A stretch of 64,000 nt of DNA from Octopus vulgaris (taxonomy: Eukaryota): the NCBI GenBank assembly GCA_951406725.2, contig OX597830.1, forward strand, positions 63,302,001 to 63,366,000, read 5' to 3'. The notes under the pieces were generated by a model that was given only the letters and a program-made list of their open reading frames with translations, did not search any database and was not told where the DNA came from. A program made the translations under genes and the position numbers. Shown here piece by piece: positions 55,821-64,000 of the stretch. Positions within the stretch are counted from its first letter, which is position 1; the number at the start of each line of letters is the position of its first letter.

Positions 55821-56427
55821 AAGCACGACCTTCGAACTTTAGGTCTCACCAAGGAAATGACTAGAGACTGAGACCTATGGAAGTATGCTGTGCGTGAGAA
55901 GACCCGGTAAGACTAGTGAGACCATAACCCAAGGCCTCTACCTGGTATGTAGCCAGTCGACTTATACATACCTTTCCTTTTTGGGACACAAAACTCCACT
56001 TGTGAAGACCCGTTGAGGCAAGTGAAAATCAAATGAAATCAAATCAGATATCAGAAAGCAGAACCAAAATCGAAGTCGATCAACATCAATGGAAATTGCG
56101 ACTGTGATACCAGTGCCGGTGACAAGTAAGCGAACCATCTGATCGTGGCCGTTGCCAGCCTTGCCTGGCCCCCGTGCCGGTGGCACGTAAAAAACACCAT
56201 CCGTTCGTGGCCGTTTGCCAGCTCCGTCTGGCACCTGTGCCGGTGGCACGTAAAAAGCACCCACTACACTCATGGAGTGGTTGGCGTTAGGAAGGGCATC
56301 CAGCTGTAGAAACACTGCCAGATCAGACTGGGCCTGATGCAGCCTTCTGGCTTCACAGACCCCAGTTGAACCGTCCAACCCATGCTAGCATGGAAAGCGG
56401 ACGCTAAATGATGATGATGATGATGAT
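55821..56427 (+). mobile_element. 5'-truncated RTE LINE: last codons of the ORF, full 3' UTR and (GAT)n tail, nested in a family-D SINE
   Basis: Reads KHDLRTLGLTKEMTRD*DLWKYAVREKTR* (typical RTE C-terminus), then a UTR with GGCACGTAAAAAGCACC repeats. Host SINE head is at 55750-55820 and resumes at 56428. Confidence 0.85.
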
Positions 56428-56706
56428 AGGCAATGTGTTGTGTTCTTGAGCAAAACACTTTCTCATTACTCCAGTGCACTCAGGTATAAAAAGTGTAAAC
56501 CCTGTGATGGATTGGCACTGTGTGCGAGAGGGAATGCCGCCCTGCTCATGTAGCCAGTAGAATGGTAGTATCCGAAAGCTACAACAATACAAGGAAGTAC
56601 ATTGTGATCAGTGGTGTGTAACACCTGATAGTTTGGTTGTTACAGTGATAGCTATAGCTATCTATGTAACTATCTATCTAGCTATATATATCTCTATATA
56701 CTCAAA

Positions 56707-56931
56707 TTAACCCTTTAGTATTTAAAGCAGCCATATCCGGCCCAAATATTCTACTTGTTTCCTGTTCAAACTGGCCAGATTCAACTTCTTACACCTACTC
56801 TACAATGTCATACTAAAAATAAGCAACCACATCATCAAAATCTTGAAGCTACAAGATACTTGATTACTTCATAACAGTGTGAATCAAAAGACATTATATT
56901 TGATAGAGTAATCCGACTGCTAAAAGGTTAA
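56707..56931. mobile_element. piggyBac-type MITE with TTAA at both ends
   Basis: TTAA|CCCTTTAGTA ... TGCTAAAAGG|TTAA. Relatives at about 3849-4025, 27179-27718 and 39706-39910. Confidence 0.75.
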
Positions 56932-57007
56932 AATGTTTGTTAAAATTTATCTCTCCTGTGTTGTATCCTTTTTTGTGCTCATTGCCTAATAAATAACGTG
57001 TGTATGC

Positions 57008-57040
<33 letters not shown>

Positions 57041-57237
57041 CAAAGTATGGGGGCTTAGTCCACAGGTGATCTAAGTGCTGTAATGGATTACTAGGGCTCA
57101 AAAGTTATAGCTAAGACAATAGTTATGGAGCCATTGCAGATTTCCAATATAGCGCATATATAATTGTTAAAGAGGACAGTAAACATTAAGGCAAGGCTTG
57201 AGATGTTTGCCTTGCCTTGATGCTTTTTCTCTTTAAC

Positions 57238-57288
<51 letters not shown>

Positions 57289-60200
57289 TACGTAGAAAAA
57301 AAATCTATGAAATAGAAAAACAGTAAAATGACTGAAAAACAGCATTAAGAACAGCGCACTAAATTTTGTCCATTTTCTTACTGCCCCCACCGTTAAAAAG
57401 AATTGTGATAAGTTAAGAAATTGTTGACCTATAAGGTATAATTCCTCCACTGCGATCTTAAAATATCCCTTCCCCGCCTCCAAAAGTTAATGGAAATAGA
57501 AATATTTAGTTATTCTGATTGTAACACTACATATGATCTGGACATTCATTGCCAGCTAATTAATAGTATCATTTAATGAAGAAATGATTTGGATTTGTGA
57601 ACACAATGTAGGAAATTAACAATTGCAAAAAAAAAACAAAAAAAAAAGAAAAAGAAAAAAAAAACAAGAAAACTGTTACCATGAGAATACTGCAACACAG
57701 GATATTAAAAAGAAATAAGTATGAGTATTAAAATAATGCAGCGTTGGAGTTATTTAGCAGTGAATGTTCCAACAGGTGGAATGAGTTGTTCAATTAAGAA
57801 ACTAATCCACTTCAGGTAGATCATATCTTTATGAGAATGAGAAGTTGAAACTTATAGTGAGAGATGTTAAAACATTCTATCTATGCTTGCTATTTTTAGA
57901 ACTTTAACCTTTTCCTTTACGTAACTAATACTGAATATTTTATCAACTGGAGCTCTAATAATAATTCCTTAACTCTTGTTTTTTCTTTTTTACCATATAT
58001 TTGTTGAAATAACACAGTGATTGTTTTAATTAATTTGGAAAATAATGAAGAATTTATTAAAATAACACTTGTTATTAAGCTGGCGTTTGGAACACAGCAT
58101 GAAATGTTTAAACGAGATTCTTGTATCATAGGAATAGGAGGCAGTCCCAAACAGAGAGGCATCAAAAGGGTTAAAGGAGGTTTGAAACTCAGCATTTATC
58201 ACTGAATTGAAGATTAGCCCATATTTCTCATGAAATACTCTTTCAATTAATTTTGAAAATAATTAAAAATTTATTAAAATAACTTGGTTACTATTAAGCT
58301 GGTGTTTGGAATATAAACTTCCATGAAATCTTGATTGAAAGTTTTTAACTTGGATCACCTTAAAACAAGAAGCTTGTATCACAGCTCTAGGATCAGTTCC
58401 AGGCAGGTTGGCATCAAAAGGGTTAATTTTATGCCATGTCATTTCTTTGAGGGATGCAATGGTTTGATTAATCCCCACTTTTCAATGATTCTCCAGCCCT
58501 TATCTACAATGGGTGTTATGATCAACCAATTCCTCTAATTTCCCTTCATGTACACATTACTTTCACCTCTCAGCACACCGACACCTTCTTTGTTTACTCT
58601 CCATATATTCCCTACTCCAATGCCAGCTGACCAATTCCAGTCATTGTCCTTGAACTCATCAAAATACCCCTATCATGAGAGTCCAGTCTGCTACCAACTT
58701 AATATATTTCTTCATTCATCATCTATTCACATCACATCATCCTATTGAAACACCTTTATCTTTTATCTTTCACTTGTTCCAATCACTGGACTGTGGCTAT
58801 GCTACAGCATCGTCTTAAAGGGGTTAGTTGAAGAAATTGACACAAGTACTGATGTTAAAGTCTGGTACTAATTCTATAGGTTTCTTTCACAGAATCATTT
58901 AATTACAGGAACGTAATCAAACCAACACCAATCGTCAAGGAAGAGAGCAAATACAAACTCTCTCTCTCTCTCACAGTGGGCTTCCACACAGTTTCTGTCA
59001 CTCACAAGGCATTGGCTGGTGCGAGTCTATAGTAGTGGACACTTGCCCAAGGTACTGTGCAATAGGACTGAACCTGAAATGTTGCCAAGTGAGCTTTGAA
59101 TCATTTATACTATCCAGTCATATCTTACAAATATTTACTTCAAGAAACATGAGAAATGTAAAACTATGTTAATACTTTTCATATCCACCTCCGGGTCTCT
59201 GATGCAAATTACCTAATTATAATGATTTCATATTTAAATTCGAATTTTTTGTGATAATTTCATGGCAAGCATCTCTTGATAAGAAATTATATACCAAACA
59301 CCATCTTAATAACAACAAAGTTGTTTTACTAAATCTTTCCAAATTCTTGATAATTTTTAAAATTGAAATACAAGGACTGTGTATTTCATTAGAAATATAC
59401 TAATGAAAAGGTTAATGACCCGAGTAGCTGATTCCAGAAGAGTAAATGATAGGATACTAAAAAATACAGCTGAATAGGTACTTTTAACTACTGAAACATA
59501 TTATTTAGTGAGTTTTCTTACCAAGACCATCTTTGTTGTTGCTTTGCCTCAGACAGCTATGACCAAAAGACAATCCACTCATGACCAGCCAGTATTTTTC
59601 CTAGGCGCAATGAATCTAGGATCATATTATCCATCACATATTTCTTTTCTAACACTTAAGGGAAATTTAACTGCTATCTCTAGCAATGTTGGTTGACAAT
59701 GTATAGGTTCCCTCACTGGTTTGTGATCAGTTTACAATTTAGCAGGTGTTTTAACTTCAAAAGACGTGATCCCAGAATTTACAGCTATATGAATGTGTAC
59801 CAGAACACTGGGTAGCACTGGCTTTCTTTAAATAAATTTCATTCACATGATAATTTTTCCAGTACATATGTACGCATAGATACGAGTTTTTCAAACTGTT
59901 ATTCCAGTTTAAAGCAATTGTATGATCAAAACTGAACAATTACAGATACATTTGCAAACACACAAGAGTTTCTTCAGTTATAAAAGTGACTACCTTTAAT
60001 TAACTCAATTAATTAATTATGTTCAGCTAATGATTGTTTTTGGCCAGCTCTCTTTTAATCAGTGGAGAAAATGAATGAGTTTGTACCATTACTCAGTGTT
60101 CATTTACTACTTCAGATGATGAGCCAAATTTTACTGGCCATCTTCGCCAGCTTGGCTACAGAAGGATACAGAGAATGTATCATAAGTAAACAATAAAATG

Positions 60201-61197
60201 TAGAGATAGCACATCACTGCAAACAGTCTAGCAAGTAAACAAGTTGAAGCTCTTTCTTAGTCATTACATAACCAGAACTGACCGATACCATTCAATCAAT
60301 TCCCAGTATCTTCTGTTCTATTTTCTTTAATAAATTCATATTGCTGTCTTGACCTTCATTTCAACAAACATCTCCTTTCAGTTTGACACATTCAAACATG
60401 GCTGCTGCATAAGCAGCAAGTCAAGCAACTTAGACAGAACTGTTGCTTTTGTTGTTAGCTGGGCTGAATGATTATTATGATGCAAATACTGATTTTTATT
60501 ACTGCTGCTGCTGCTGCTGTTATTGTTAACTCCAGTCAGGTTTGCTTGAGCACACTTACGCCATAGAGACAGCTGATTGATTATTCACAAGTAACCCCTA
60601 AGTATTGCACCCCAGATATGCCATAATTTAACCTGTTCTCGAACTGACCACCATCAACAAATACTTGGTTATCATCTGTTCATCATCATCATTTAATGCT
60701 TGTTTTACATACTGATATAGGTTGGATGGGTTGACAGGAACTGGCGAACCAGAGGATTGCACCAAGCTCCAATGTCTGCTTTGGCATGGTTTTTATGGTT
60801 GGATGAATAAAACCTCTTTTGATGGCTACCATGAGACAATGTGACAAGAGAGAGGACCTATTATTAAAGAGAGGGATCCATGTTTGTGATGGATTTTTTA
60901 CATAATTGCTTCCCCTAGCAAAGCAGTAAGTGAATGTCACTCATCCCTGCTATCTCTAAAATGGGGAACACAAACTAGAGAATCTAAATATTGTGACAAC
61001 AGATATACCACTGATGTATCATCTTGAGAAGGGTGGGTACAAGTTCCCTAACCAAAACTTATTCCTGAATAGACTGAATACCAATTCTTTAAAATTCTAA
61101 ACCATTACTATACTCAGCAACATTCAGTGCACATATATGTATATATGTGGGAGTTACAACCAAAAGATACGAGAGCACTCAATACTTACACCTATTA

Positions 61198-61698
61198 CAA
61201 GGTTGAAGAAAAATTTTGTGCACTGTGTTAAAAAAATTATTATTTTTATGCAAGAATTTATTCAAAAACAACTATTCTTCAAAATAAAGACCACCATTTC
61301 CCATGACCTTCTGCCAACAATCTGCAAGTTTTTGGATTTGGTCAAAGTACCAATCCTTCAGCTTTGAATCGAAAAATTCTTGACAGGCTTCTTCAACTTC
61401 ATTGAGTGACTCAAATTGGTGACCTTTCATAAAGTGATGCATTGATAGTCAGATGGAGCAACATCTGGACCATAGGTTGGATGCGGCAGAACTTCTACAC
61501 CGTCCAATTCTTCAATCTTGTTGCTGACCTTTCTGGCAGTATGCGATTTTGCATTGTCTTGTTGAAACGAAACATGTTTTTGACAAATACAGTGAGTCAC
61601 CATTGAACACGACATGAACTGAATGAACACACACACCACAAAAATATATAAAAAAAGCATTATTTTAACACGGCACACAAACTTTTTCCTCAACCTAA
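61198..61698 (-). mobile_element. Internally deleted mariner with both TIRs
   Basis: TIRs AGGTTGAAGAAAAATTTTGTGCACTGTGTTAAAA / TTTTAACACGGCACACAAACTTTTTCCTCAACCT, TA-flanked. Minus strand encodes FQQDNAKSHTARKV...VEVLPHPTYGPDVAPSDY (second and third catalytic motifs, D34D-type). Confidence 0.9.
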
Positions 61699-64000
61699 TA
61701 TTACCATCATTTTAGATTTGCTTTTCATGCCGGCTTGGGTTCGACAGGTCATCACAATTGAAGTCGGTTCTTATTTAAAGTTACTACCCTCCTAGATAGG
61801 TCATGGGACAATATTTCATTTGCACTTTCTGTTATAGCGCAGTTTCTATGGTTGGATGACCTTTTTGATGCCCCTCTCACTTCATGTTCAAACAACTGAC
61901 TTTGTGATGACCTGTTCAACCGATGCCAGAATGAAAAGCAGAGATAAAATGATGATGAGGATGATAATCACGAGTCTAAGTATTGAGTACATACAGATTA
62001 TAAACTGCATTTTGTTGTGACACCAGCATGAGAAGGGCTGTCATGTTATTGGCAAGATTAACAAGTCCTCTCATTGTTTCTGTTTGTTCACCGACTACTT
62101 TACTGAGCATATTGAGGACATTTTATCATTGTCTTTGTTCATTCAAACCAAAAATGACTGAGAGAGTGAATAAGACAGAAGCTGATGACAGAATATGAAA
62201 GTGATAGGAGAGAAACAGAGAGAGGCAGCTACATATTGGTTATTGGTAAGGAGATTGAATAGAAAGACATGAGTGGTGTGATGGAGGATGAAGGAGTGAT
62301 AGGGAAGATCGAAATGAGAGGAGGAGTCAACAAAGAGTGATAAAAGAGGGACCACTGCAAGAAAGGGGAGAGAAAGGGTGTGCATCTTGATGTGGATATT
62401 CCCACCCTCACTCCTCTGTACCACATTCTCACACATGCATGCAAGAGAAGGCGGAACTAATAGAAGATATGACAGTTAAACTCTTTATTTCATCTACTTA
62501 GATTCTCAGTTCAAAATACATTGTCACTTCACATCTGGAATTCTACTATGTACAAAAATAGGCCTTGGGTATTTTCTAAAGATACATGTAGTTGTGTTTT
62601 GTATGTGTGCATATATAGAAACAAGTGTTCAAATATAAAATTAAGTTGATTATTATTAATAACAATAATATCAACACAAAAACAATGGTATATTATCTAT
62701 AATAGTATTTTCCAATATAAGGCCATGCATTGTTTAGAGAAGATATGTGCACTCAATTACGTTAACACCAGTATTTAACTGGTACACATTTAATAGACTT
62801 CGAAAAAGAGGACAATGCAAAGTTGACTCTTTGGGATTTGAATACAAATCAAGCTAACAAACTAAATACCAGAAGGTATTTTTTGTTTCCTACCATTTTT
62901 ATTTTTACTACAGTGACAATGGAACAACAGAAATAATACTACAGTGTCAATTTCTGTCTCTATTCTCTCTTAATTTATCTTCTTGTTCCTTGAGGGTATA
63001 CCCTGACACCTCAACTGCACCATCCTTTCTCTCTTTCCAGCTAGGGTGGCCATGTACCTTCTCTAAAGTAAGATACCAATTCCTGTCCCTCTATAGTTAT
63101 TTCAACCTCTCAACATCTGGCACAGATCCACCCACCCCAATATTGTACTCCCACTCAGTTAGGAGGTCTTGTCTTGCAGGTTGTTTGGTGACCTCACTAG
63201 TGCTGGTGTCATGAAACAAAAAAAAAAGCATCAGGTGTGCTCTGTAAAATGATTAGCATCAGGAAGAGCATTCAGCTGTAGAAACCTTGTGAAAACAGAC
63301 GCTGGAACTCAATGCAGAGTGCTGGCTTCTCAGTTTCTGTTGACCCATTGAACCCATGCCATGGTATAAGGATGTTAAATGATTTTTATTTACTTTTCAG
63401 TGCAAATGTTTACCTTGCCTTTTGTCCTGATATAATAGTAAATTAATACTGGAATCAATTAAGTTGCTACACTCTCACATTCTTTCTTTCAATTTAGAAA
63501 TATTTTTATTAAGATTAAAAAGGGTTACAGCAAATCTCTAGTTGAACATGAAGCAAAAAAAAACCCCCAAAAAAACTAAATGAAAGTCTTTGTAAGTAAA
63601 CTAAAAGGAACTAATTGGCTGATAGAATAAATCACCACCACCCTCTTCATAAAACACCCACATTACCTGAGACACCCCACACCATAAAAGCTGGAGCTAT
63701 TAAGTCCACAAATGCTGTAGGTGAGCAAACATTTAAGAAACTCTAGGTTCATTCAGAAGAAAAAGAAGCAATGTTAGTAAAGTCTAAGAGTTGAACTGAC
63801 ACCAAAGACTGCAGTAAGAGTGTAATGAAAGGTCAGCTGGTTTAGTTTGGGGAGGTGGTAAGAAAGAGACAGGAAATAATATCAAGGTGTCCATGAGAGT
63901 GTGAGTGAGTGTGGTTGTGTGTGTGTGTGAGTGTAGGTGTTTGTGTGTCTGGTGTAATTATACACATGGTAGTGGTGGGACAGCTGGAATTGGTGGGGGT

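Noticed and set aside
55962-56479. Recurrent ORFs with LDALPNANH / WMPFLTPTT / poly-His (also 10907-11301, 23709-24095, 30842-31054)
   Set aside because: Antisense or alternative-frame translations of the RTE 3' UTR and its (GAT)n tail, not a protein family.

Overview
AT-rich, repeat-dense eukaryotic DNA. The SINE, RTE-LINE and microsatellite content suggests an octopod cephalopod (inference, no database check). The window holds the 5' part of one gene on the minus strand: a c-Jun N-terminal kinase (JNK; MAPK8/9/10 / basket orthologue). Four coding exons with canonical GT-AG sites and matching phases lie at 29026-28791, 15715-15586, 6419-6361 and 3552-3414, giving 188 codons that end at ...GIIHR. 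The rest of the kinase lies beyond the left edge. Introns are 13.1, 9.2, 2.8 and >3.4 kb, and the ~35 kb upstream has no securely identifiable coding exon. The remainder is mostly transposon-derived: several tRNA-headed SINE families, 5'-truncated RTE LINEs, mariner relics, hAT- and piggyBac-type MITEs, a Helitron, a foldback element, and long GA/TA/CA/trinucleotide tracts. I found no evidence of a multi-gene novel system. The best leads are a JNK3-like 40-aa N-terminal extension with two ATGs and a mini-uORF, a candidate in-frame upstream exon near 51.8 kb, a candidate 42-nt microexon that would split the HRD motif, intronic hairpins that could be ADAR substrates, and several cleanly nested TE insertions. 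Repeat boundaries were read by eye and are approximate unless a TSD is quoted.
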